64,000 nt of DNA from contig OZ316775.1 of assembly GCA_973851085.1 (NCBI GenBank), positions 9,176,001 through 9,240,000 on the forward strand, read 5' to 3'. The notes below the pieces were generated by a model that did not search any database, had not been told where the DNA came from, and saw only the letters and a program-made list of their open reading frames with translations. Shown piece by piece: positions 52,801 through 64,000 of this stretch (positions are counted from its first letter, which is position 1; each line of letters opens with the position of its first letter). The DNA comes from Ptychomitrium polyphyllum (Eukaryota). The position numbers were made by a program, and so were the translations under genes.

Positions 52801-53465
52801 CAAATTTCAATCCACCAAGACATCTCCAAAACTACACTAACCAACAACATCTTGAATATAGCGAAACTGCTAAGGGTTTAAGCATTACCGGCAAGATCCG
52901 CCTCCGCAACAGCAACAACCGCATCTTTTTCTCTACCCACTCTCAAATCCCTCCCTCGATCCCCTTCACTCTTGAAAAACGTAGCTCCGCTCTCCTCCAG
53001 TCGATCCCCAGAAATACCCACATGATCCACAAGAAGAACACTATCCTCCAAAACCTCCCCAGCTCCCGCACCCACATTCACGACCTCATTAACACTCCTG
53101 GCCACAACTCGCGACGTGCTAACACCCCTGGAAAGATTCACATCCCAGAACCTCGACCTCCCCAAACCCTCAATCACAAAGCTCTCCTTCACTCCATCCC
53201 AGCCCTTCCCCAGATGGACTTCCCCATGGCTCATCCGCCTCTGCAACTGCTCGACTCCGCCAATACAACACCATTTTGCCAAGCCAGTCTGCCCTACCCC
53301 ATCCGTCCTCTCAGAAACCATCAACACATCCCGCAACTTCCCCTTCCCAGACATCTGCAAAGCTACGTCCGAGGTCGCAAAAGCCCTCGGCTGCAACATC
53401 GTGGCTGCCACGGCCCACCTGTATGAACTATACAGGAAATGAAACCGCTGCTGTAGAATTGGCAT
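49875..53465 (-). CDS. dNK: Multisubstrate deoxyribonucleoside kinase with an N-terminal extension and an HhH-like motif, 8 exons
   Basis: Exons 53465-52889, 52786-52614, 52355-52107, 51918-51715, 51604-51432, 51171-50976, 50481-50414, 50064-49875. P-loop FCVEGNISVGKSTF, VPEPVGKW, RYAYTFQNYVF, MERSVFSDRMVF, FIYLRASPDTC, YLQGLHEKHE; HhH-like DLLSVPGIGPRN. Confidence 0.95.
50621..50707 (-). ncRNA. Intronic box C/D snoRNA copy B, same 18S target
   Basis: Minus strand: GTACT-g-GTGATGT (box C variant) ... TTGTCACTACC-a-CTGA-GGTAC. Terminal stem GTACT/GGTAC and an 11-nt guide to 18S GGUAGUGACAA. Confidence 0.75.
50737..50828 (-). ncRNA. Intronic box C/D snoRNA copy A, predicted 18S rRNA 2'-O-methylation guide
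   Basis: Minus strand: TGTGCC-t-ATGACGA (box C) ... ATTGTCACTACC-a-CTGA (box D)-GGCACA. There is a 6-bp terminal stem and a 12-nt guide complementary to the conserved 18S sequence GGUAGUGACAAU. It lies on the same strand as the host dNK intron 6. Confidence 0.85.
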
Positions 53466-53600
53466 TACAATCTCCTGACCATCCTCACAGAAGAGAAAAG
53501 ATGCTCAAAATGTGTTATCTCCAGAAAGCAATTCGCCAAGATGTAAACCGTGAACTGCTTCACCTGCTTAAACCCTTTGAGGCCTGAGTTCTTCGTCTGG

Positions 53601-53770
53601 TAGGGTTTAAGTTTGACCTAAAAGTCCCCGAAGGCGATCGGCCCAAACAAAGTGTTTCTATGTAGAGTCTATGCCACAAGGACACAGGTCAGCTGTGACG
53701 AACTCCGCCCTTTCGACAGAAGATTAAAACCCTACCACTGCAAGGCGTGAAAGCTGAAAACCCTACCACT
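53601..53770. promoter_or_regulatory. Telo-box and site II-like motifs in the dNK 5' region
   Basis: TAGGGTTT at 53601-53608, GGCCCA at 53640-53645, and AAAACCCTACCACT twice (about 53726 and 53757). Confidence 0.4.
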
Positions 53771-56700
53771 CCACTGGATGAGCTTCAGCCAGCCGAGAAT
53801 GCGTCCTCCAAACTTAGCAGAGACTCCATTCTGGAGTGCGACGATGGTGATGAGAGCGAGATCTGCAACGAACCAGGCGTCCGGAGTTCACATTCTGGTC
53901 ACCGCCATCGTAATCGCCATCGCCATGGCTATGTGATGTGAGGTGATGTAATGGGATGAGAGCATGTAAGTGAGTTTGATGGCCATTGCTGTTAGGTGTT
54001 GATTGTGGTATGTGCTATGCTGTGCGGTGTGCTTTGAAAGGTGCGGTGATTCTGACATCTTAGATTTTTGAAGAGTTTCGGGTATTAGGTTCTAGGCGAG
54101 GGCAAGATTTGGTGGAGGTTTTGGTAGATTGGGTGGAATGGGAATGGCTGTGGCTCCGCTGGGGCACCGTCTATGGGTTTACGAAGTTCCTTGTTGTTGC
54201 AAGGCATTAGTTTTCATTTTTTCGTTTCTATTATGTTCTTGATATTATATTTTTAGATTTCAATTAATGATATCTACAAAACATTCATTTTATGTAAAAT
54301 ATTCTACATACAATAAAGGTTTTAATATATTTTTATTTTTACAACAAATGAGCATCAAAGTTCATTGCATTGAGTGAAAAGACAAGGCTTTTCCTTTTGG
54401 CTACCAGTAGGCACGACCAGATTTCAAGAAAACTATTGACTTATGCCAATTTTGTAGATATTCACAGGAATAAATTTGATTTTGTACAGTGATCTTGTCT
54501 CATTATTGGATGGATGGAAGTTCTGGAAATTATGTTAAAAAAGTTGGCAAAGTTTTGCTTTTGGCAATGTAAATTCAGTTCCATCCTTGAGAATTATTAA
54601 GAATTAAAAAATGAAGACATAGAGCATCAAAAAAAATGATTTGATTGAAATTTTACAAATTGATATGAAACTACATAAAAAATGAATATGAATAGCATTT
54701 GAAAATAGATGATGGATTTAAAGGCATGAGACTTCATTGACAGATGAAAACAATAAAAAAAATGCTTGTCAAATAATCCTTAAAGGCTTGATTTTTAAAC
54801 CATGGATATAAATTAAAGATTTTTTTTTTAATAAGTTATACAATGTTGATTGAACTCAAATATGAAAGTGATTACATTAACAGTCAAAACGGTATTCAAG
54901 AATGAGAACTTAGATTTTAAAACCATAAACACATTTCTAACAAATTTTTAGTGCTACTTACCAATGTTTTAGTTTCATTACCAATGTAGAACAAATAAAA
55001 ATTGTTGGATGAAAAATAGTAAAACTGATAAGAATCATGGATGATCCAAAAATGAAAATCAACCATGTTTTGGTCATTCAAGAGTTAAGGCAAATGCTAG
55101 GGCCACTTAAAATAAATGCCAGTGTTGCAACTGACTACTCGGTGCTTACTCAATGCTGACTCAAGGCCTGCACATCCTACACAAGCACAGCAATGCCCAC
55201 CATAGGGCTCAAATTGAACAAAGCCAGAACAAGAAAAAACATGAGTCATAGTACATCAAAATTTACATGGATACAAAAGCATATTGCCGTTTGATCATGT
55301 ACAGGTCAAGGTTACAGGACCTTAACATGAAAAGATGAAGCTATTTAACATCATGAAATTAAAGGCAAATGATTTTCCACTACCAGGCCAGTCACAGAAC
55401 CAGAATACAGAATACCTTAAGATAGTCCAAATAGCAACGAGTCTGCTAAGCCCACTTATGGGTCTATACCTAGGTGGTACAAATAGATACTGTTGTGATA
55501 TCTGTTTAATACTGGTGTTATACCCAAGTAATACTCGGACGCGGCATCACAAAATTATTTTGTAGTGCACCAGGGAGGCTCCTTCTGCATTCCCTGTGCA
55601 GGCGATGGAACAACGCAAAGTGCGTGGTCTGCACTCAATCTGCACAGGCTGCGCGGTGAAAGTGGAGCGCGGTTAAAGGGGGTGAAGTCCTGGCACTCAA
55701 AATGAAGTCTGGGCACTGGTGCACAAAGCCGATATCGTCGAAGGAGTGTATACCAAAAACCGTCGTTGCACCCGAAACCAACATAACCTACCCAATTCAT
55801 TTAATTTAATAATTTGATCCTACCATCATCGACGCCGCCTGTAAACTTCATGCAGTCAAAAGTAAGCATTCCATAGATGGTATAAGTTCTCAGTACACTC
55901 ATGGCTTTGGGCTATCATCTTTCGTTATCGTAGATTTGAATTACGTAAAGTAGACTGATTGTAGACAACTTACTTTTGGGTGTTGTGGCGGTTTTGGGTT
56001 CGACAGACCGTTACAGCTGATATTTCTGGAACATCTAATATGGACAACCGCTCCACCGCCGCGTGGAAGCGGTCAAATGGATCGCACACTTCATCCGCAA
56101 GAGTTCATCTGAAATCCACGAATCTCACGTCCCATCCAAGAATCATCCATGGAAGGGTTCTGCGAGGGGTCAAGAGAAGCAGAGCTCTAGCTCTGTTGTC
56201 CCTCTTACTCTCGCACAACTGCGCCCTGCTGCTGCGTCATCTCCATCTCCTCGCCCCTTATGCGCATTCAACTACATCTTCACTTCCTTCTCTTCGGCCT
56301 CCCCCTGCCCGCCCAAGTCTCACCCGTTTTGGTGGCTTATTGTGGAAGAACGCCCATCTGAGGTCGCATTACCCAGAGCACATACTCTGAGAGAACCACA
56401 GTCCGCAATTAGCTGGTGAGTAGTTCGTCATTTTCTTTCTCTTGTAGTAGTTCGGGGTTTTGTGGTTTCTGGGACGATGTTTGCGATTGAGCTCCAGTAG
56501 TAGTGGTGTTGTCTTCGCGTTGCTGGCGCCGTCGTTGGAGGAAATGATTGCCTTGGTTGAGGTGTTTTTGGCAGTGTTGATATTGGTCGCGGATTTGGTG
56601 TTGGTTATTGTTAGGGTTGGCGTTGTGGTGGTTTTGGTTTTTTGGAGTTAGGTTGTTGGGATCAAACCTGGTTTGGTGTTGGTAATGAGTTTGACTTTTT

Positions 56701-57969
56701 GTCGGTGAGTTAGGGTTTTGAGTGGGGCCATTTGTGTTTAGGAGTGTTGAGATGTGTTGGTGTGTTTTGAGGTTCAGAGACGAGGACGGGGTTCGACGAG
56801 GGATTTGAGTTTCAGGTCGCGTTTGTGGAGGGATGAGTGACGAGTTTTTGGGTGTTTTGGGTTATTCTACCTCGGTTGTCGCGCTGTGTGATTGTCGGTG
56901 CTGTGGAGATTATGGTTTCACTGATCTATTGGACTTCAGACAAGTGCTGGGTCTTTACGTCGTTATGAATCTTGTTTGCGGGAGGTCTTCTATATTGTGA
57001 TAACAACGTAATTTCCCTCAAAGCCCTAAAGCTGTAGATTTGTTTTTGTTAATGTTTGTTCTGTTGACCCCGTCAGCTGTTCAGCGTGGTGATTTGTGGA
57101 ATGCTCACGCTATTACTTGCACATCTTGTAATTTGTTTTTAGGTTATAATTCGTTTGAGGTGGTTATTTGGTTTTGTGACCATTTTACTATTATTCCTAC
57201 ATTTAGCATTGGGGCTCAGTTTTTGAGATTTGTTTTAGGGTCTGTCTACGTATGCTTTTTCTATATATTCTTTTGCTTGGCAACGTTTCAAGTGGTACTG
57301 GCTCTCAACAGGTGGTGGATTTTCATGCTTGTTAACTTCCAGAATTTTAGATTCTATGCCTTCGAGGTCACGTCTTGCCAATATCAAATTTTTGTCAAAT
57401 GACGAAACTGTTAAGAGATAACTGAGTGTTAAGCCCATGACTGTTAACAGCTTGTGGGTACGATAACTATCAGGTTTTCAGCAGTCTTTTGAAGGAAATT
57501 ACCGGGAGCTTGTGGTCTAACTGTCGAAATTGGGCAAAGCTTGTCGTTGATTCCCTTTGCGTAGAATTCTCTAGGTGATGATGGCGCAAACCTAGATGGA
57601 TTGTGCACGTGGTGGACTATCTTTTTGCCTTTAAATGTGATTGTTCACTTGTTATGTGCGTTATTGCCTTGTTCTCTACTCTATTTACTCTATTTAGGCA
57701 GTGTCATTAAATTCTTCTTCAACTTGTTACGACTGATTATGATCACATGAATTGTGCGGCTGCTTGTCGCAAGTTTTTTCGATCCTTACAATCCTGCAAT
57801 TCATTTCTCATCGTGCGTTCTTCTTTTGAGACAGCTGGAAATTTTGAGGAGTTCGTGGTGATTTTGAAGACTTGCATCTGCAGGGCGTCTAACTATTCTC
57901 AGTATCTGGTTTTTGCTTGACAATTGAAATTTTTTCCTCAAATTTTTCTGAAGTTCACCTGCAGTCACC

Positions 57970-59720
57970 ATGGATGATGATTGGGGTATGTTGCTCTACC
58001 TATTTCCCTGAAGAAAATCAAGTGTCGTTCTGTAGAACTATCATACTGCTAGTTTCTTTGTTTTTTCTATTTCCATCATTTTTGTTTATGTCAGTGCAGT
58101 GGCTCTAATTTGTCCGTACTCTTTTTGTTGTTCCAGATGCCGATGATTTTACCCCTTTGCCCCCTGTGTTGGCTAAGGAGGAAACTCAGGTCAAGGGCCA
58201 GTGGGATGATGAAGACATAGAGGAGGAATCAAAAGAAGAGGAGAAATCCAAGCTGGTATGTTACATCTTTGACTCGCAGTACGGAGGTTTAATGTGTTAC
58301 GGATGTAGAAAACGGACGTACAGGAATTACCGAGTCTATTTCTTGAAAAACCCAGCCATTTTAATACTGTCTTTGACCTGGATTATTATGTTTTTAACAT
58401 ATTTTTTTGTCCATATGTAATATAGGACAAGGCTTTTGGATCTGATGCTGGGTCACCATCACTGCAGGTGGCTGCCAAGCCTAAGGTAGAGAAGAAAAAG
58501 GAGAAGGTTAAGAAGGTAGTTGACGATGAGGGGGCGCTTTCAGATCCATTGGCGGAGAAGCTGCGTCAACAAAGGTAACAATATCTTTAAATATTGTGCC
58601 CCTCTGTTTGGCACTTGGAGGTGTTTACGAGCCGCTGTTATTGCTTGCGGTATCAGAGCTTTTGAATATGGTTCATCTGTTTTGGTTGGGGTGCCCTCCC
58701 TAGAACTATTGCTTCTAATTCTAGATGGAAAGTTTTAATGTATTAAATTCAGTCGTAATCTTTTAACGATGAACGGTGTTTGATTTTGATTGATCTGATG
58801 TGGTATTTGACAGGCTGGTTGAGGAAGCTGATTATCAGAACACATCGGAACTTTTTGGAGGCAAGCATAGGGGAGGTCGTAGTCTAGAGGGGTTCATTCC
58901 CAAGTCTGAAGACGATTTTCTGGAATATGCCGAGCTGCTTGCTCAAAAACTAAGACCATTCGAGGTACATAAACTGCAGCTATTACCTTGGTTGTATATT
59001 TATGCATTTGTATTAACATGTGTATTTATAGCAGACACTTTCCTTCGACATGATCTACTTGGTGTCATCATAAATTTCTAAACAAGTTGCATTTGTGTTC
59101 TTTCGGTGACCCTGGCTTGCATGCGTTGAGTGTCTGAAATTAGGCCTTGCTTTGATGTATGAGAATTTTAGCAAGTTTCAGAGAAGGTGATAAATTCAAG
59201 ATAGTCTGTATGTGATCGTTTGGACGATTACGGTTTTAGTTGAGTGTTCGCATTTCTTTAATGTTGAATATGGACTTGTAATGTTTACAGAAAAGTTTTC
59301 ATTACAAGACCCTTCTTAAGGCATTGATGCGACATTCAGTTGCAAGCTTAAATGCTTCTGATGCCAAGGAGGTTGCATCAAGTATGACCGTCATTGCTAA
59401 TGAGAAGTTGAAAGCTGAGAAGGACGCCACTGCAGGAAAGAAGAAGACAGGTGTTTACTTGCATGCCTGCCTTATTGTGAATATGAAGTTGATTTAGACA
59501 CCGAACGTTCTGATTTTAACTTAATCCTTCTATAACCTAGTTCTCAGGGATTGTATTGGCACGTTATAGAACTGAACTCCATTGCACTTTTATACTCGCA
59601 TTAATCGCTTGTTTGAATGTTGTAGGTGCTAAGAAGAAGCAGCTTATTGTTGATAAGCCAGATGATGATGGATTGGGTGGTGGTTCTTATGACGCAGTAG
59701 ATGATTATGACTTCATGTAA
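57970..59720 (+). CDS. eIF3j: Eukaryotic translation initiation factor 3 subunit J, 6 coding exons
   Basis: Exons 57970-57985, 58137-58255, 58468-58574, 58814-58964, 59291-59450, 59626-59720. They encode MDDDWDADDF...QWDDED...DPLAEKLRQQRLVEEADY...FIPKSEDDFLEYAELL...FEKSFHY...IANEKLKAEK...DDYDFM*. A 5'UTR intron is predicted at 56416-57964. Confidence 0.96.
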
Positions 59721-60482
59721 TAGAATTAGTGAGCTTCTCTTTCTTTGTCGGTGCAGACTCTTATTGGGGTCTTGTTGAGTGGTGCAATTAGTCCAGTGAA
59801 CAGCAGAGTGCACTATGCTGCAGATTTAGTACCAACACATAGTTGTTAGGTAGTCTAGTTTCAGCATTTTTTGGTATTGCACGCCAAGGTGTGTTTTGCT
59901 GTCAATCTCAAATCTAGCTAATCTTCTACAACTCTTAGTGGCTTCAGCTTGCCATTTGGGTTAAGTAGCTGCCTCTTCTCTCCTTTTTGTCTCATGTGGA
60001 TGTCCAAAGCTATTGTGCTTTGCTGTCCTATTTATGAATGGAAGTTCGTGCTTACCAAGAATTATGACGTTTCTTATGTGATGTTTTACATCTCTAAATT
60101 GGATTTGACCCTTCTGGATTATATCCTTCTGGAACTTTAACTTTTCTTCTTTATTATATAGTGCTTTTTTGAGGAAAGCCGAGTCTGTATGATATCCGTA
60201 GAATCTACCCTGTTTTTACATACAGCTACTTGCACAAATTCCTCGATATTGCAAGGATGAGCACTCTATGTCTTCTTAGGAATGAAATTCATACGATGTT
60301 GGATGATGTATGAACGTATTTCCCGTATGCTCTTAAAAGTAATTTGACGACCTTAGCAGCACAGAACTTTGCACTGTTTACTGTGATTTTGTTGTACAAG
60401 TGCATGGTTGGCTGAAGGGTGTGCAACTTAATCAAATTTTACATGCGTGAAAGCCTGTGGAGTGCGGTCTTAGGCAAAAACT

Positions 60483-62300
60483 TTGAAAGCGCCGGCTGTA
60501 ACGGTCATTGGGTCTGAAGCTTTTTATGATAAGGTGAAATTTACATCGAGAGTCCGGTGTTGTGAGTTACTCAAGACAATCTGCATTCCGCCCGCGGTTT
60601 TGCCAGGAAGGACATGTGCGATCCCGTGGAAGAGCGCACATGAAACCTTGGCAGACGAGATTTTGGATCAAAGCCTGTTACACTGGAGACACGCATTCGT
60701 AGACTACAACGTCGTTGAGGTACACGACTCAAATGCTTTTCTTGGCTTAATCTTAAACATCCCAAAAAACACGGCTTTTGGTGTGAAGAATAATGTTGGT
60801 ACGAGTGTTAGGAACGAGTTAGGTCTACCTTTCGACTAGATTCACTTTGTTAGCCCCACTTCTAACACCAAGTATGAATGGACCTTACAGGTGAGGAAGA
60901 TTAGTTCAGTCTAATTTCTAATAGTCCTTAGACTCTACTTTAGGAGGTTCGTTGAGAGGAGTAGTTGGAGTCAATTCAACTTGTGAAGATTCTTTGGTCA
61001 GGGAGGTGTGGAGGCCTGGTTTGAAGTGCTAGCAGAGGAGAAATTGATCGGTCTTTCTCCTGTTCATTCCAGAGTGGTGCGAGCCAAGGAATGAAAATAG
61101 CGTAAAAACTGTATTCCTCAATGAGGCCGGTAAGGCGCTGATTTGCTCTGGATGCATGTTTGGTTGTTTTTGCATGTCTACCTTATGTAGAGAGATTCTA
61201 GAAGATTGCGCGAGTCTAGTTGTATCGTGATGGAATTCATTTAGAGAATGCTTCCATTCTAGTTAGGAGAGATATTTATCGCCCAATTGGATGTACTGAG
61301 TGGCTTATGGTAATGCCAGGTTCCGGATTATCTTTGTGGCAGATCCGAACTCTTGATGCGAATGGGGAGATCACGAAAACATATCCTCTGGATCTGGAGG
61401 CACATGGTCGGGATGTTAGAAAAATCCGTGCGTTGAGGCAACTGGAGGACCTGGAGTGGATAGAGAATCTGAGAAAAGTCGTCGAGGGCGCCGATCCTGA
61501 TTCCGTTCGAGAATCTAGACAATACGACCGACTTCCTCTCATGAGTTGGAGCGAACCCAGCAAGCGCGTGCTGCTTAATGGTGATGGTAAGGGAGCATTA
61601 TACCCTAAACATATGATTTCTTGTTTACACATCACGATTTTCTGAATCCTTACTTAGCTTGATAGGTGATTAATTTACTTTCCGTTGAACGGGTATGTGC
61701 AGCTGCTCACGGGGTGTTTCCAGGTCCAGCACAGGGTGCTCGGATGGCTTTTGAAAATGCCCATTAGCTATCTATGGTTCTCCGTGAAGCTCTTGCTAGT
61801 TCAGCTCCCGAAACAGCCATTTCTGAAGCTGTGACAAGGTTATTTCAAAACACAAGCTGAACACTGATCTGATCTTTACTAATCTGGTTGCCGCGTCTTT
61901 ATATTTTGTATCTAGTTGTGTGCACAAGCTGAATCACTTTCAGCTTAAATGTAAAGGTGCCTGTCAATTGCCTTGTAACCGTTTCTATTGATGAATCATG
62001 CTGATGATATGGTATTTTTGAACGTTGTTTTCCAGGTATGAGGAGGTACGAATACCTCGCACCAACAGGATTCAAGCTTTTGCAGCGGAAAAGACGGGCT
62101 TGCCTGATTTCGTTCCTGAGTGCGTGCGCAATCTTCCTTCCGAAGAGCAGCGAATGAGTGACCTAGAGATTCAGCAATGGAACAGTATAATACCCAGAGG
62201 GCATTTCTGGAGACCCAAATTCTACATACTGCAAACCATGATACTCTATACACGTGGTGTGTTACTTTTTCGCTTCAACACTAGTGAAATGCTTTTTTGA
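60483..62300 (+). pseudogene. FAD-dependent monooxygenase (salicylate hydroxylase/zeaxanthin epoxidase-like) pseudogene or truncated copy
   Basis: YDRLPLMSWSEPSKRVLLNGD|AAHGVFPGPAQGARMAFENAH* is the GD-fingerprint region, with an in-frame TAG at 61765-61767, then RYEEVRIPRT. An upstream fragment reads IPWKSAHETLADEILDQSLLHWRHAFVDY. No N-terminal GxGxxG exon was found. Confidence 0.8.
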
Positions 62301-63014
62301 TTGCAATTCCTTGTGATAGGGTACCAGGATGTTTAACTTGGCAGAAATATTAGTAAGAAAAGTTTGTGTGCCATTGAATATCAATGTATAAGCTTTGCAA
62401 ATAGTCAAGGAATTTCCTCTTTCGAAAACGTGCAGGCCATGCAATATTTTACAACTGTGATCATGCCTATTGCCAAATTGCACTATGATTCAGTGCTAAA
62501 ATCTTCTGTGTATGTTTACATTATAGCATTGGTATAAGGAAAAAATTGGCCGGTCGTTAGCATTTGAATTTCACATCTGTTGAAGAATATGTCTACTTCA
62601 TTGTTTTGAATTTGCAGAAGGTTTTGTTGATGCAAGGTCCCAGAAGTTCGCGATAATTCTAGACCTCTTAGTGATCCGGGAAATTGAAATTCTTCATTTA
62701 GCCCCATAATGCATCGATCCAGTGTCTTGGATCATATCGCAGTCATTAAAAGCAAAAAGCATCACCTCTGATGTGTTAAAGGTCAGTAGTATCAAAATAT
62801 TCCACAAGAACACATAACTCATCCTGACAAATGAAAAACCTCAACACATCTTTTGAAATGTTTGATCGTTGAGCCACCTCGCTGGTTGTACTCAAAATTC
62901 AAGCCACCCAAGTAAAATCCTAGATGTTGGTTCATCAAGATAAGTGGCTGGACGTTTAGCAGTCCGTGCAAGCGGTGCAAATTGTTGCATCTCACATCAT
63001 GACAACTGTCTAAG

Positions 63015-63995
63015 CTACTCAATGTTCCAATTTAAGGCTTGGCCTGCCCACATCGGCACAACTGCACCTGGTCCAAACCCATACTCTGTAGGCACATGCC
63101 AATTCTTTCTAATCAAGGTGGTTGTGTTGGAGTTTCTTGGGAGCCCATAGAAATCTGGTCCATTCAAACTTGCAAACCCTTCCAATTTATCAAGAGCACC
63201 AGCCTGCAAATATCAAATAGCGTCAAGATATTCTGTCATTCCTTGAGTGACACCGGACAGTTCGGAAACAATGGAAACAATAACGTACAAAGCGACTTGC
63301 GATTACAATAAGTTGTAAACAGAGTACGGAGTAACATGCATTGCGTACAAGACTTGCAAATAAGATATCTTTGGGCTATCAACAGCACGTTTGCAAACTC
63401 TCAAAATGATCTGTCACTTCTCTGATTCAGATGACATATAAAACCTTTAAGAAGCTTTTAATATGCAGTTGATATAGCACAGTAATTAAATGCTAAACAA
63501 GGCAAGTACCTGTTCAAATGCTTCTGCGTACAAGGGCAGAGCAATGGGAGCACTGAATATGCCTGCACACCCACAAGATGCTTCTTTCGCATGCCTCTCA
63601 TGAGGTGCACTATCTGTTCCCAGGAAGTACCGCTTGCTTCCACTTGTGACTGCTGCAACCAAGGCTCTTCCTACAGTCTCATCCCGAGATTAAAAATTAG
63701 GAACATTATGCAAGGGCTTATCTTATTAGTGAACGTGGAAAATATCGACCGTATGCAAGTGTCGAAACAAATTCGAAAGAGGTGATAACAAATTTGTCAT
63801 GCACTAAAAATGTAATACTTATATCTTGCTCAGGAATCGATGCCACATAGAACCGTAGAAGCAGATATGATCACTCACTATGAATCTCGCGCTTAAGCAC
63901 CGGAAGGCAGTAATTGTGAGGTTGGAGTCCTCCCTGAAATAGTGCATTTCTATTCATCAAAAGATGCTGTGGGGTAACTGTTGCTGCAACCATGC
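63015..63995 (-). CDS. PYR4: Dihydroorotase (type II), last three exons; the gene continues beyond the window
   Basis: Exons 63995-63879 ([37 protein letters not shown]), 63670-63510 ([10 protein letters not shown]...[10 protein letters not shown]), 63203-63015 ([24 protein letters not shown]...). Confidence 0.96.
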
Positions 63996-64000
63996 CTGTC

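Noticed and set aside
49875..63995. dNK and dihydroorotase as a nucleotide-metabolism gene cluster
   Set aside because: They are separated by unrelated genes and act in different pathways; proximity is likely coincidental.

Overview
Eukaryotic nuclear DNA from a land plant. It is probably a moss (inference from gene density, intron style and protein similarity). Most entries in the six-frame ORF track are exon fragments or shadow ORFs, so I rebuilt genes by hand from splice signals and recognisable motifs. In order: a MYB-CC (PHR1/PHL-like) transcription factor (-); an AT-rich and relic-rich spacer; PSY2L/SMEK (PP4R3) (-); a TIC32/RDH12-like short-chain dehydrogenase (-); a degraded region; a secreted DUF538 protein (+); a class III peroxidase (+); an F-box protein with an intronless CDS (+); LPPgamma/dolichyl-diphosphatase (+); deoxynucleoside kinase (-); eIF3j (+); an FAD-monooxygenase pseudogene (+); and the 3' end of dihydroorotase (-). 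The best non-obvious signals are: (1) two tandem intronic box C/D snoRNAs in the dNK gene, both antisense to the same 18S rRNA site; (2) a tandemly duplicated symmetric exon in PSY2L; (3) a predicted spliced uORF whose stop overlaps the PSY2L start codon; (4) a 17-bp perfect hairpin just beyond the PSY2L promoter; (5) two GC-AG introns. I see no CRISPR array, tRNA, rRNA or intact transposon, and I cannot support a wholly new multi-gene system from the sequence alone.
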